Assembly: GCA_017303715.1 (NCBI GenBank)
Contig: JAFLBZ010000004.1
Coordinates: 4,887-68,886 of the forward strand
DNA from: Rhodothermia bacterium
Lineage (GTDB): Bacteria; Bacteroidota; Rhodothermia; Rhodothermales; UBA2364
DNA: 64,000 bases
Direction of reading: 5' to 3'
Numbering within the stretch: the first letter of the stretch is position 1; every line of letters begins with the position of its first letter. The notes below the pieces were generated by a model. That model saw nothing but the letters and a program-made list of their open reading frames with translations. It was not told the origin of the DNA and searched no databases. A program made the translations under genes and the position numbers. This document shows positions 31,677-42,265 of the stretch, piece after piece.

Positions 31677-32222
31677 GCCCACAACAACTTCCATCAGAAA
31701 GCGCATAACCGGTGTGATCTCGATGGGCAATTCGCCCGAAAGATGCAAAATAGGGCGGAAAGTGGGCGGGACTTGGCCGTATTTTTGATGGCTGTTCCAA
31801 ATATGTTCCCGATACCAGTCTGGGACACGTCCCCACCGCAAATCTCGGTTTTTGCGCTCTATAAAGGTTTCTTTACGAATCGAAAGGAAAATTCCGGCAT
31901 CGAATAAACGGTAGAGTTTAGGCTCCCAAAAGACCATTAGACCTTCTGCAATAATCACCGAGTGCGTCAAACGGGCTTGGATAACGGCTGTAATGAAGGC
32001 ACGGAAATCTAACGATCCGGGGGCTTCCCAATCTGTTCGATCCTCCAGACCATGTCTAATTCTCGGCTGAGTATGACGTGCTGCCACAAACTCGTCTTGA
32101 TGCAAGACTACTACATTTTGGCCAAATAGTTGTGCCAATTGCAATGAGAGGGTAGTTTTTCCGGAGCGGCTAATGCCTCCGATGCCGATGACCATAACGA
32201 ACGATGAATGAGGTTGGCCCAC
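31644..32222 (-). CDS. P-loop nucleoside/nucleotide kinase-like protein (uridine kinase / NRK-like)
   Basis: Walker A IGIGGISRSGKTT near the N-terminus. About 190 aa. The start may be 32195. Confidence 0.5.
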   Translation of the reverse strand: MGQPHSSFVMVIGIGGISRSGKTTLSLQLAQLFGQNVVVLHQDEFVAARHTQPRIRHGLEDRTDWEAPGSLDFRAFITAVIQARLTHSVIIAEGLMVFWEPKLYRLFDAGIFLSIRKETFIERKNRDLRWGRVPDWYREHIWNSHQKYGQVPPTFRPILHLSGELPIEITPVMRFLMEVVVGEKNEKAPTIC

Positions 32223-32351
32223 TTCCGCCTAACACAATTTCGGTCACAAAAATAGAAGCATTTCGAACCATCCTACCTCAAGTTCTCAAACCTTTCGAAA
32301 ATGCTCAAGAAGTGCATTGCCCCAAACAGACTTTCAGGACGGGCTTCCTAC

Positions 32352-32389
32352 CAAAAAACATAAAGGGCTACGAAAAAACGCAACCCTTT
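32352..32389 (-). terminator. Terminator after hpf
   Basis: On the minus strand: AAAGGG-(16-nt loop)-CCCTTT followed by ATGTTTTTT. Confidence 0.5.
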
Positions 32390-32484
32390 AAAGTTATAAC
32401 ATTTGGACAAACAAGCATTAACGCCTCTGTATCTCCATTTTAACGATGATCAACCTTTTATTTGTCCACATATAATGGGTTTCT

Positions 32485-32835
32485 TCATTCGTCATCGTGT
32501 TCAACATCTAATGTATCATCTGCAAATACGGGCTGTGTAGAACGGCGGTTATTGCGCTTTTCCTTGGTTTTTATCAATTGGCGTCGCAGGTTCTCTATGC
32601 ACTCATCCATTGCCACTTCATGTTTTGTAGCGGTTGCAGATGAGGTGAGGGTTCCTCCGGGAATACCAAGTACCACATCAGCCGTATTGACACTGGAATC
32701 TTTGAGGTGTTCGAACGTGACTTTTGCTTCTATGATGTCGGGATAGAACTGGGAGAGTTTTTTTAATTTTTCCTCCGCATATGTTTTGAGGGTTTCCGTT
32801 GCTTTGAATTGACGAGCGGAAATTTGGATTCTCAT
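32485..32835 (-). CDS. hpf: Ribosome hibernation promoting factor (HPF/RaiA family, short form)
   Basis: MRIQISARQFKATETLKTYAEEKLKKL is the typical sigma-54 modulation/HPF N-terminus. 116 aa. Confidence 0.8.
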   Translation of the reverse strand: MRIQISARQFKATETLKTYAEEKLKKLSQFYPDIIEAKVTFEHLKDSSVNTADVVLGIPGGTLTSSATATKHEVAMDECIENLRRQLIKTKEKRNNRRSTQPVFADDTLDVEHDDE

Positions 32836-32967
32836 ACGCTAACGCTCCTATACCAGTTTGAGGATAAAACCCAATGCATACCATTTTCATGATGCCGCAT
32901 TGGTACTTAAATGAAAGGTTAAGTATATGTTAAGATCAAATGAGGCTTCTGTCAATAGGTGATTTTT

Positions 32968-33615
32968 CTACAACGCTAAAAAGTTTTCTCTACATAAGAC
33001 CCCATAAATACCTCGTGCCCAATGTGCGTACACATCTTTATCATGGTGTAATCCATCAGCGGTATAGCCCTGAAGTGGCGTTTTTCGATCGGTAGAAAGT
33101 CCGATCTGGTTATACCAAAATCCGTTAAATTGATGTGCCAATTGCTGGTTGATTCGGTTGAAGGCTTCGATGTCGTTGGTGATCTGGTCAAGATTACGTC
33201 CTTGAGCAAAAGGCGAAAGGCTCCAATTCGGGATGGCCAGAACGATGAGTGGGATATTTAGAAAAACCTTGCGGATCTCACGAAACAAAACAGTGGCCTC
33301 CTGTTGGTAATCGGAAGGTGATTGCCCACGATATTGGTTATTTACGCCAATAAGCAACGTCACAAGATGGAAGGATGGCGTTGGGTTTACGGTCAAAAGG
33401 CCCTTCAAGAGTTCATCTGCCGTCCAACCGGTTTGGGCGATGATAACGGGTGGTTCACAGGAAAAACCCGATTGTCTTAATTGTTGTGCCAATAAATTAG
33501 GCCAACAGTGCTCTGAGGATACCCCTTCTCCGATGGTGTAAGAATCTCCGAGTGCCAAAAGCCGGAAACCTCTTGATTTCGCCATTGCTTGTTTACTCCT
33601 TTGTTTTTTGATCAT
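32968..33615 (-). CDS. SGNH/GDSL-family hydrolase
   Basis: Block I LALGDSYTIGEG, GVNNQ, and block V DGLHH. The start may be 33585. Confidence 0.75.
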   Translation of the reverse strand: MIKKQRSKQAMAKSRGFRLLALGDSYTIGEGVSSEHCWPNLLAQQLRQSGFSCEPPVIIAQTGWTADELLKGLLTVNPTPSFHLVTLLIGVNNQYRGQSPSDYQQEATVLFREIRKVFLNIPLIVLAIPNWSLSPFAQGRNLDQITNDIEAFNRINQQLAHQFNGFWYNQIGLSTDRKTPLQGYTADGLHHDKDVYAHWARGIYGVLCRENFLAL

Positions 33616-33737
33616 AGAAATTACAACAAAGTGCGTTTTCCTCCCTCTAAACGAAGCCTACCAAGAACAACTTCTTGACCAATCTTCCACAGGCAACACC
33701 CACACAGGATGACTTTCTGGCATGAAATTAGTACGCA

Positions 33738-35123
33738 ATGCAAAAAAGACCAAAATCAAATTCTGATATGAAACGCTTACATACCGCTCTCGCTCCGATT
33801 GGACTTTTTGTCCTGCTTCTGCTTTTTTCGGGTTGTGACAAATCTGTTCTGGAGCCAATAGAGGGTCACGCAAGTATCACCGCCAATGAACATGGTGGCG
33901 AGGTGGCGCGCGAATGGTTTAAACTAATTTGCAAGGTTGTAAAATCTACGGATGGATATTACCCCCCAATGGCTGCCCGCGCCTTTGGTCATATGGGGGT
34001 TGTTTTGTACCAGACGGTACAGCCCGGAATGGCACAATCCGCCTCGCTTGCCGGCCAACTCAACCAATTGAGCGCAGATAAATTACCCAAAACAGACCCA
34101 ACTAGGTCTTACAATTGGGGTATTGCTGCCAATGCAGCTATGGCGCAAACCATGCGTAACTTCTTTGTGAACATCAAAGCGAAAGACCAAAAGTCGTTGG
34201 ACTCTTTGGAAACGTACATGATGAAGGTTCTTTCGACCAATGAAAAGCCCGAAACCGCATCTCTTTCTGTTCAATTTGGGAAAGAGATGGCCAATGCCAT
34301 TTTTGAATGGTCTAAGGCGGATGGCGGCCACGAAGGCTACTTGCGCCCCCATGATGGCTTGGTCTCCCGTTCTGGAGAATTTGCATGGCAAGAAACGGGA
34401 TCGGGAAGAGGTGTGGGTCCAAAATGGGGGAACAATCGCCTGATGGTTGCTACAAACAGTACCGCGCAAATCCCCGCTCCACATGCGTTCTCTACCGACC
34501 CCAATTCTGCTTTATACAAAGAAGCCCTCGAAGTTTATACGCAGTCTCAAATCAATACAGAGGATCAAAAAGAGATTGCACGTTTTTGGGCAGATGATCC
34601 TTTCCTGACATGTACACCCACCGGACACACCTTTAGCATCCTCACACAGCTTTTAGAAGAAGACCGTGCCAGTTTAGCACGCTCGGCATTGGCTTATGCC
34701 AAAATGGGCATCGCGGAAAATGATGCCTTTATCCGTTGTTGGTGGGTGAAGTACGAGTATTTCTTATTGCGTCCAAAAACGTACATCCGTCGGTACATAG
34801 ACCCCAACTGGGACACCCTGATCGAAACACCGCCTTTTCCAGCTTACGTTTCAGGCCATTCTTCCGAGATCGGCGCTGCATCTAAGGTGTTTACATCGCT
34901 CTTTGGGGCAAGCCGTCCCTTTTCAGACAGAACACAAGTTTATTTTGGGTTCTCAAAAACCATCCGCTATTACAACACCTTTGAACAAGTCGCCTTAGAA
35001 TCAGCTTTCTCACGCTTGTATGGCGGTTTACATTACCGAATGGACATTGAACGTGGTTTGGATTTAGGACGTCAAATTGGCGACAACGTGAATCGGCTCA
35101 ACTTTGGTAACCCTGTGTTGTAA
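33738..35123 (+). CDS. PAP2-superfamily / vanadium-haloperoxidase-like lipoprotein
   Basis: Lipobox LLFSGC. C-terminal PFPAYVSGHSS ... LYGGLHYRMD matches the acid-phosphatase/haloperoxidase signature. Confidence 0.6.
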   Translation: MQKRPKSNSDMKRLHTALAPIGLFVLLLLFSGCDKSVLEPIEGHASITANEHGGEVAREWFKLICKVVKSTDGYYPPMAARAFGHMGVVLYQTVQPGMAQSASLAGQLNQLSADKLPKTDPTRSYNWGIAANAAMAQTMRNFFVNIKAKDQKSLDSLETYMMKVLSTNEKPETASLSVQFGKEMANAIFEWSKADGGHEGYLRPHDGLVSRSGEFAWQETGSGRGVGPKWGNNRLMVATNSTAQIPAPHAFSTDPNSALYKEALEVYTQSQINTEDQKEIARFWADDPFLTCTPTGHTFSILTQLLEEDRASLARSALAYAKMGIAENDAFIRCWWVKYEYFLLRPKTYIRRYIDPNWDTLIETPPFPAYVSGHSSEIGAASKVFTSLFGASRPFSDRTQVYFGFSKTIRYYNTFEQVALESAFSRLYGGLHYRMDIERGLDLGRQIGDNVNRLNFGNPVL

Positions 35124-35232
35124 GGATTGAATAGATTGAATGGCAAGTCTTTACCTTAGGTAAGCAGTTTAATTTAAACGATTTGCGCAACTGATCAATT
35201 ACAAAATAACGAAAATCAGTACGCGGAAAACG

Positions 35233-35688
35233 TCAAGGCAATGTGGTTAACGCTGCAAGATAGTGGTCTTCCCGTATAGACATCTCTTTGCGTAGTTCGT
35301 CGGTGGCATCGTCGTAGCCCATCAGATGTAAAACCCCATGCGCAAGATAGCGAAAGGCTTCCTGCTCAAAGGTTGTCTCATATTCCGGCGCAGTTTCGAA
35401 CGCGGTATCCAAGTCCACATAAACTTCACCCTCCACGGTCTTTGAGGATCGAATGTGGTGATCGGACTGGAGCGGAAAGGAGAGCACGTCCGTCTCGTAG
35501 TCGTGCCCAAGGTGTTCGCGATTCAATTCATGAATTGTGGCATGATCCGATAAGACGATACCGAGATAGGTCAAGGAAAAACCCTCGCCATCCAACATCA
35601 GATGTACGAGGGTTGTTATTTTTTCTATATCCAACCGGAGGTTAGGGTGTTCGTTTTCAATGGCCAACGATTCTTCGTAAGACGTCAT
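35233..35688 (-). CDS. ybeY: rRNA maturation endoribonuclease YbeY
   Basis: Zinc motif HGVLHLMGYDD. 151 aa. Confidence 0.9.
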   Translation of the reverse strand: MTSYEESLAIENEHPNLRLDIEKITTLVHLMLDGEGFSLTYLGIVLSDHATIHELNREHLGHDYETDVLSFPLQSDHHIRSSKTVEGEVYVDLDTAFETAPEYETTFEQEAFRYLAHGVLHLMGYDDATDELRKEMSIREDHYLAALTTLP

Positions 35689-35696
35689 ATGCCGTT

Positions 35697-36149
35697 TTAG
35701 CTAAGGTCATTAAAAAGGTCTTCGGTCATCGAAAGTGCCACACTGCTCATCATCACCTCTGCGGGTAATTGCGTAAAATCCGCATTAAGCAAGGCATCTT
35801 CCACATTGGCATATAGGGAACAACCAGCACCTTTTTCCACGACCAAGCCATTGGTGGCCCCAAGGCGTTTTGCAAAAAAAATCACCTCGCCCAATTCTTC
35901 ACTTGCAATGAACCCGGTACATCCCTGAAGTTGTAGAAATGCATTTGAGGCAAAAACCGTCACCAATGTCAGGTTTTCCGTATTTGGAACCGTCACTTCA
36001 GGTTGAATCTCCAGCGCTAATTTCCGTCCAGACATTGGCTCTTTGAGTTCAAAGCGAACCACCTGGCCTTCATGCTTTGGCTCCACACCCAGTGCTTGGC
36101 CTATTTTGCTGAAATCTGAGGTTGAGAAAGAAAAAGACATATTGCGCAA
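35697..36149 (-). CDS. Hypothetical protein (co-oriented, 8 nt upstream of ybeY)
   Basis: 150-aa ORF with no recognisable motif. Tight spacing suggests an operon with ybeY. Confidence 0.4.
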   Translation of the reverse strand: MRNMSFSFSTSDFSKIGQALGVEPKHEGQVVRFELKEPMSGRKLALEIQPEVTVPNTENLTLVTVFASNAFLQLQGCTGFIASEELGEVIFFAKRLGATNGLVVEKGAGCSLYANVEDALLNADFTQLPAEVMMSSVALSMTEDLFNDLS

Positions 36150-36441
36150 TATTTATTTTGAACATCAAAAATAGCATCATCGGCTGGCAAATACAAACTT
36201 GAAATGGGCTTCGCGAGAACTTCCGGAACCGAATGCAACGATATTTTTGCGGATGTCATCCAAAAACCATGTATTCGCATTGGCTTTGGTCTGAATTTTG
36301 CCATAAGACTTTCAAGAATGATTCTCCAGATCGCTCCTATACGGCAAACAATGTCTTGAGATTCACCAAGAAGTACATGCCTTCATCTTATTGGATTAGA
36401 AAAACAGGTTCTATTATACATCAGCAACCCCATAATGAACA

Positions 36442-37116
36442 ATGAAACAGGTTAGATTCTTTTTATTAAGTCTGCTCCTTTTGGGCACTTTTCTTCTTCC
36501 GGGCTGCGATACGCCAACGGATGCCCAACTTGCTCCTGCGGGCGAGGTGGTTTCACCCAAAAGTGGAAATGTCGTGGGTCGGATGGTACGGGTTTGGGTG
36601 CAAGCCCAAGCACTCAATACTGACTCCGTCGTCGAAAAGGTTTTGGTTTCTGTTAACGGTGTAGAAGTGGGCGAGGCCACACGACTCATTGCAGGGCCTA
36701 AACCCATTTTTGAATACATCTGGGACTCGACCAACCGTCCTGATGGAGCGTACCAAATTCAAGCCTCTATCACCGACTCTCAAGGCTCAAGAACCGTTTC
36801 TCTACCGCAAAATGTGCAGGTTGTTAATGGCAACAGTACGGGGCCACGCGTACTTATTTCAAGCCACAGTACAGGGCAACCGGTACGCGGCGTGGTACAA
36901 GTAGATGTAACGGCAGAAGACACTGCTCCCATTCAATCGGTAAGCTTAATGGTCAATGGTATTCAGGTTGGAACCGATACCTCAGACCCCTATTCTTTTG
37001 TTTTGGACACACGCGAACTTCCTATTGGAATGCACGTTTTGCAACCCAAATCCATCGGAACAGATGGTAGTATTCGGTTTGGGTCATCTGTAACCGTGAA
37101 TGTTACTGGTGGATAA
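36442..37116 (+). CDS. Lipoprotein with two Ig-like repeats
   Basis: Lipobox LLPGCD. Two similar ~90-aa segments (SVNGVEVGEA... and MVNGIQVGTD...) typical of bacterial Ig-like domains. Confidence 0.5.
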   Translation: MKQVRFFLLSLLLLGTFLLPGCDTPTDAQLAPAGEVVSPKSGNVVGRMVRVWVQAQALNTDSVVEKVLVSVNGVEVGEATRLIAGPKPIFEYIWDSTNRPDGAYQIQASITDSQGSRTVSLPQNVQVVNGNSTGPRVLISSHSTGQPVRGVVQVDVTAEDTAPIQSVSLMVNGIQVGTDTSDPYSFVLDTRELPIGMHVLQPKSIGTDGSIRFGSSVTVNVTGG

Positions 37117-37281
37117 GATGCTTTTACCCCATCTTTAAGACCTCGGCGTATTCCTCCGAGGTTTTTTTGTTGGTGTTTCTTAGAGAAGAGTTCGTCTATC
37201 CTACGAAAAAAACAAATACTTAATTTCCTATATTGATAAGTCTGTATAAAATTTTTCACCAAACACAATAGACCAAACATT

Positions 37282-37851
37282 ATGGCAGATACCAGCGATT
37301 TTCGGAATGGCCTGACGCTTGTTTGGAACGGTGACCTTTGGACGATTATTGAATTTATGCACGTTAAACCCGGGAAAGGGGGTGCATTTGTCCGTTCAAA
37401 GCTCAGAAACGTTCGTTCCGGCAAAGTGGTTGACAATACCTTCCGAGCAGGCGAACGGGTTGAAACCGCCCGTGTTGAACGGCATCAGTACCAATTTCTG
37501 TACGAAGACGACATGGGACTTCACCTGATGCACACCGAGACCTACGACCAAATTCAAGCACCTACCACTAAAGTGGTGTCTGGAAAAGGTTTTTTCAAGA
37601 TTGATGGACAAGTGGACGTTTTGATCTATGCTGAGACGGGGGAAATCCTTACCGTAGAAGTGCCCAAAACGATTGAAGCCCGCGTGGAACAAACCGATCC
37701 TGGCCTAAAAGGAGATACCGCAACAGGTGCAACCAAGCAGGCGGTAATCGAAACGGGTGCAACCGTAATGGTTCCGCTATTCATCAACGAGGGCGACCTC
37801 ATCCGTGTAGATACCACCAACGGAAGCTATTTGGCGCGTGTAAACAAGTAA
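37282..37851 (+). CDS. efp: Elongation factor P
   Basis: [37 protein letters not shown]. 189 aa. Confidence 0.95.
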   Translation: MADTSDFRNGLTLVWNGDLWTIIEFMHVKPGKGGAFVRSKLRNVRSGKVVDNTFRAGERVETARVERHQYQFLYEDDMGLHLMHTETYDQIQAPTTKVVSGKGFFKIDGQVDVLIYAETGEILTVEVPKTIEARVEQTDPGLKGDTATGATKQAVIETGATVMVPLFINEGDLIRVDTTNGSYLARVNK

Positions 37852-38011
37852 TGCAGGAATTTCAGGGTGTTTGGACGGGGGTACTCCCTTTGTTCTACAC
37901 CCTTTCCTTTTTCTATACGTTTCTTTTTGTACGCAGGAGTCTTGCGCAAAATTGCGTATCTTCCTTCTACCCTCAAACACCCTCCTCTTTTCACGCTCAC
38001 CCACAAACAAC

Positions 38012-38539
38012 ATGGATCTCAAACATTTACGCGAATTGCTCCAGATCGTCGGAGAAAGTGGCGTAGCCGAAGTTGAAATCGAAGAAAAGGACTTCAAATT
38101 GGTGATTCGCAAGCAAGCGCCAACCGTTAGCCTGCAACATGCGGCAGGTTTCCCTCCGATGTACCCGCCCATGATGCCCTTGTCCTATCCGGTAGCAGCC
38201 CCTTCTGCGCAGCCTGCGGTAACGCCAGTCTCTACACCCGCACCAGTTGCCCCTGCTCCTAAAGCAGAAGTTGCTCCCGCCCCCGAACCTGTGGCAGTTG
38301 CCACCGGAAAAACCGTAAAAGCGCCCATTGTAGGCACGTTTTACCGAGCATCGTCCCCCGAAGCCGCAGCTTTTGTCAATGTGGGCGATACCGTCCGTGA
38401 AGGCCAAATCCTCTGTATTATCGAAGCAATGAAACTTATGAACGAAATAGAAGCCGAGTTTGCCGGAACGATCCTCCAGATTTTGGTGGAAAACGGAAAA
38501 CCAGTTGAGTATGACCAGCCCCTTTTTGTGATTGGTTAA
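38012..38539 (+). CDS. accB: Acetyl-CoA carboxylase biotin carboxyl carrier protein
   Basis: Ala/Pro-rich linker and biotinylation motif [13 protein letters not shown]. The start is trimmed to [10 protein letters not shown]. Confidence 0.9.
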   Translation: MDLKHLRELLQIVGESGVAEVEIEEKDFKLVIRKQAPTVSLQHAAGFPPMYPPMMPLSYPVAAPSAQPAVTPVSTPAPVAPAPKAEVAPAPEPVAVATGKTVKAPIVGTFYRASSPEAAAFVNVGDTVREGQILCIIEAMKLMNEIEAEFAGTILQILVENGKPVEYDQPLFVIG

Positions 38540-38574
38540 ACCCGTTTTTTTGTTCAGTATTTTCTATTTCGATT

Positions 38575-39918
38575 ATGGCCATCAAAAAAGTTCTTATAGC
38601 AAACAGGGGCGAAATTGCTTTGCGTGTGATCCGAACCTGCGCCGAGATGGGCATCAAAACCGTTGCCGTTTTCTCCACCGCAGACCGCGAGTCCCTTCCC
38701 GTACGTTTTGCTGATGAAGCCGTTTGCATCGGACCACCCGCTTCCAAAGAAAGCTACTTGCGTATGGATCGCATTATCTCCGCCGCAGAGGTTACGGGCG
38801 CCGATGCCATTCACCCGGGCTATGGCTTTCTATCTGAAAACAGTGAATTTAGTGCCATTTGTAGCGATCATGGCCTGAAGTTTATTGGCCCATCGCCCGA
38901 ATCCATTGACCTGATGGGCAATAAAAGCAAGGCCAAAGAAACCATGATAAAGGCCGGTGTGCCTGTGGTTCCCGGCTCGGAAGGCGTGGTGACAACCGAG
39001 GCTCAAGCCCTGTCCTTGGCACGCGAAATGGGCTATCCTTTGATGATTAAGGCAAGTGCCGGTGGTGGCGGACGTGGCATGAGACCCGTATTTGCCGAAG
39101 CGGACTTGCTCAAAGCTTTTAATACCGCTCGGCAAGAGGCCGAAGGCGCTTTCGGAAATGGCGATGTTTACATGGAAAAACTCGTCCAAAACCCGCGCCA
39201 CGTAGAAGTGCAAATTCTGGGAGATGGCAAAGGAAATGTAATCCATCTCGGCGAACGCGATTGTTCCATACAAAGGCGACACCAAAAATTGGTCGAGGAA
39301 ACACCCTCTCCGGCGGTGAACGAGGACTTACGACAGCGCATGGGCGAAGCAGCTTGTAGAGCGGCACGAAGCCTGAATTATGAGGGTGCTGGAACCGTCG
39401 AGTTCCTCTTAGACGCCTCCGGCGAGTTTTACTTCATGGAAATGAATACACGCATTCAGGTTGAGCATACCGTGACCGAAGAAATCTCGGACATTGACCT
39501 CATCGAGCTACAACTCCGCGTAGCCAATGGGGAAAACATCCCTTTGCAAGACCAAATTGTCTTGAATGGGCACTCTATCCAATGCAGAATCAATGCAGAA
39601 GACCCATATCGGGATTTCCGCCCTTCTCCGGGTAAAATAACCGCTTTCCATACACCAAAAGGCCATGGCGTAAGGGTAGATACCCATGCTTCCGCAGGCT
39701 ATGTCATTCCGCCCTACTATGATTCCATGATTGCCAAACTCATCGTAAAGGCAAGAACCCGCGAATTGGCCATTGCAAAAATGCGACGTGCCCTTAACGA
39801 GTTTGTGGTAGAAGGTGTTAAAACAACCGTTCCATTCCATCGCCAATTGATGGAGGACGAGCGGTTTATTTCTGGAAAGTTCGACACCGGATTTATGAAC
39901 GGCTTCACCTTGCGTTAA
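38575..39918 (+). CDS. accC: Acetyl-CoA carboxylase biotin carboxylase subunit
   Basis: [21 protein letters not shown]-grasp motifs, [10 protein letters not shown]. 447 aa. Confidence 0.95.
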   Translation: MAIKKVLIANRGEIALRVIRTCAEMGIKTVAVFSTADRESLPVRFADEAVCIGPPASKESYLRMDRIISAAEVTGADAIHPGYGFLSENSEFSAICSDHGLKFIGPSPESIDLMGNKSKAKETMIKAGVPVVPGSEGVVTTEAQALSLAREMGYPLMIKASAGGGGRGMRPVFAEADLLKAFNTARQEAEGAFGNGDVYMEKLVQNPRHVEVQILGDGKGNVIHLGERDCSIQRRHQKLVEETPSPAVNEDLRQRMGEAACRAARSLNYEGAGTVEFLLDASGEFYFMEMNTRIQVEHTVTEEISDIDLIELQLRVANGENIPLQDQIVLNGHSIQCRINAEDPYRDFRPSPGKITAFHTPKGHGVRVDTHASAGYVIPPYYDSMIAKLIVKARTRELAIAKMRRALNEFVVEGVKTTVPFHRQLMEDERFISGKFDTGFMNGFTLR

Positions 39919-39989
39919 TCCACTTCGCCCGAAAGCAAGCGGGATACGACACGCACAAAATCTACTTTTTTCCAAAGTTGTTTGGATAA

Positions 39990-40026
39990 ACCCGATGGGC
40001 TTTTGTAGCTTGTCGGGTCTTTTTTG
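39990..40026 (+). terminator. Rho-independent terminator after accC
   Basis: ACCCGAT-(15 nt)-GTCGGGT followed by CTTTTTTGTG. Confidence 0.65.
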
Positions 40027-40081
40027 TGCATTGGCCACATCCAAGTATCACGAAATTCTACAACTTATAAACCCTAAAAAA

Positions 40082-40471
40082 ATGACAACGATATTTCCTG
40101 AGCACCTTCGATACACCAAAGATCACGAATGGGTACTAGACGAGGACAACGGAATTTTTAAAGTTGGTATCACAGATTTTGCGCAGCGAGAATTGGGTGA
40201 TATTGTTTTTGTTGAACTTCCATTGGTTGGCGACACCTTTGGCGCCGAAGAGGAATTTGGAACGGTGGAAGCCGTTAAGACGGTCTCGCAGTTGTTCATG
40301 CCAATTGCCGGAGAAGTCGTTGAAATCAATACAGCTATTTCAGACGATCCTGAAGTCATTAACTCAGATCCCTACGGTGAAGGCTGGATGATTAAAATAA
40401 GACCGCAAAATGCCGACGACCTCCAACAACTATTGACAGCAAACACCTACCAATCCTTGGTCAGCGCATAG
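40082..40471 (+). CDS. gcvH: Glycine cleavage system protein H
   Basis: YTKDHEWV, and lipoyl-lysine motif VEAVKTVS. The start is trimmed to MTTIFPEHL. Confidence 0.9.
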   Translation: MTTIFPEHLRYTKDHEWVLDEDNGIFKVGITDFAQRELGDIVFVELPLVGDTFGAEEEFGTVEAVKTVSQLFMPIAGEVVEINTAISDDPEVINSDPYGEGWMIKIRPQNADDLQQLLTANTYQSLVSA

Positions 40472-40674
40472 CATTATAGCGAATATGCTTGTATGAAGGG
40501 CCTTCCAGCCTTGAAATTTTGTTGTACAGCCCTATAAGCCACCCAGTTACGCACGCATATCCGCCCATTTCCGATAGGTACAATCTTCGCAGACGTTCAA
40601 TAGGCGAACCGAAGGCGATGTTGTACCTTTATTATTTAACAAACCTTTTATTCTGTATCCATAAAAGCAGCATC

Positions 40675-42243
40675 ATGCACCAAAAGATTGTCATCTTAGA
40701 TTTTGGTTCACAATTTACACAACTTATTGCTCGGCGTATTCGAGAATTAGGGGTTTATTGCGAGATCTATCCTTGCACCAAGCCCATTGAAGAAGTAGCG
40801 GCCATGCAACCCTTGGGCTTGGTCTTGTCTGGTGGCCCCAGTTCTGTCTATGACACCAATGCGCCACAATTAGACCCCGCTTATTTGTCGCTAAATCGTT
40901 CGGATGGAAGCCCCTTGCCCATCCTTGGCATTTGTTATGGGCTACAAACCATTGCTCACCTCATGGGCGGCAAAGTAGAACGTGCCACCAAGCGAGAATT
41001 TGGCCGCGCTTATTTACAAGCCCAGCCCGACGAAATCCTTTTTGAGGACATGAAAGATCAAACCGTGGTATGGATGAGCCACGGCGACCATCTGACGGCG
41101 CTACCAGAAGGCTTTAAGGTTATTGCCCATACCGAAAATGCCCCCATCGCTGCCGTAAGAGCCAATCACAAACCCATCTGGGGGGTGCAATTCCACCCAG
41201 AAGTCGCACATACGTCCGAAGGTAAAACCCTCTTCCGCAACTTCGTCATCCAAATTTGTGGTGGTCGAGGAGATTGGACCTCCGCCTCATTTGTAGAAGA
41301 AAAAATAGCCGACATCAAGGCACAGGTCGGCGATGGACACGTCATTTTAGGGCTTTCTGGTGGCGTGGATTCTTCCGTGGCGGCTGTTTTGTTACACAAA
41401 GCGTTGGGCGATCAATTAACCTGCATCTTTATCAATAACGGATTATTGCGAAAAGGGGAATTTGAACAGGTTCAGACTACATTCCGAGACCATTTCCATA
41501 TTCGGTTAAAGGCCATTGACGCAAGCGAACGCTTCCTAACGGAATTGACGGGCGTTACCGACCCCGAACACAAACGTAAAATCATTGGACGGGTTTTTAT
41601 TGAGGTCTTTGACGATCTAACGCAAGAAATTTCGCAGGAATTAGGGCAGAAACCCACATTTCTGGCACAAGGAACCCTTTATCCCGATGTGATCGAAAGT
41701 GTTTCCTTCAAAGGACCTTCCGTGACCATAAAATCCCATCATAATGTGGGCGGATTACCCGAAAATATGCCCTTTCGTCTGATCGAGCCATTCCGCGAAC
41801 TCTTCAAGGATGAGGTACGGGCCGTAGGGCGATTTCTTGGGGTTCCAGAGGCCATTATAGATCGCCACCCATTCCCCGGCCCCGGATTGGCCATCCGCAT
41901 TATTGGCGACATCACAACCAACCGCTTGGCGTTGTTAAAAGAAGCAGACGCCATTTTTATCGAAGAACTCAAACGGAAAAAGCACTATCTTGAAACCTGG
42001 CAGGCATTTGTGGTGTTACTCCCCGTACAGTCTGTTGGCGTTATGGGCGACGAACGGACGTATGAAAATGTATGCGCACTTCGGGCCGTCACCAGTGTAG
42101 ATGGGATGACCGCCGATTGGGCGCACCTTCCATATGAATTTTTAGCCCACGTCTCGAATCGAATTATCAATGAAGTTCGTGGCATCAACCGTGTGGTTTA
42201 CGACATCAGTTCCAAGCCACCCGCAACCATCGAATGGGAATAG
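40675..42243 (+). CDS. guaA: Glutamine-hydrolysing GMP synthase
   Basis: [29 protein letters not shown]-loop SGGVDSSV and C-terminal PPATIEWE. The start is trimmed to 40675. Confidence 0.95.
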   Translation: MHQKIVILDFGSQFTQLIARRIRELGVYCEIYPCTKPIEEVAAMQPLGLVLSGGPSSVYDTNAPQLDPAYLSLNRSDGSPLPILGICYGLQTIAHLMGGKVERATKREFGRAYLQAQPDEILFEDMKDQTVVWMSHGDHLTALPEGFKVIAHTENAPIAAVRANHKPIWGVQFHPEVAHTSEGKTLFRNFVIQICGGRGDWTSASFVEEKIADIKAQVGDGHVILGLSGGVDSSVAAVLLHKALGDQLTCIFINNGLLRKGEFEQVQTTFRDHFHIRLKAIDASERFLTELTGVTDPEHKRKIIGRVFIEVFDDLTQEISQELGQKPTFLAQGTLYPDVIESVSFKGPSVTIKSHHNVGGLPENMPFRLIEPFRELFKDEVRAVGRFLGVPEAIIDRHPFPGPGLAIRIIGDITTNRLALLKEADAIFIEELKRKKHYLETWQAFVVLLPVQSVGVMGDERTYENVCALRAVTSVDGMTADWAHLPYEFLAHVSNRIINEVRGINRVVYDISSKPPATIEWE

Positions 42244-42265
42244 AACCAATAAAAGAATTGAAGCT

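Noticed and set aside
37871-38011. Long N-terminal extensions in the track ORFs of accB, guaA (40489-40674), gcvH (39995-40081), eno, pruA and the decarboxylase.
   Set aside because: The extensions are hydrophobic or low-complexity and precede the canonical conserved N-termini. Internal ATG starts give proteins of standard length.
39508-40044. 178-aa minus-strand ORF antisense to accC. Similar long antisense ORFs occur at 50974..51558 (tatD), 22493..23092 (DUF4270-like), 25579..26118 (lolC/E), 54844..55392 (DUF3365) and 50299..50799 (CocE-like).
   Set aside because: Each lies entirely inside a gene with strong motif support on the other strand. Their translations are low-complexity or Arg-rich, which is typical of shadow ORFs.
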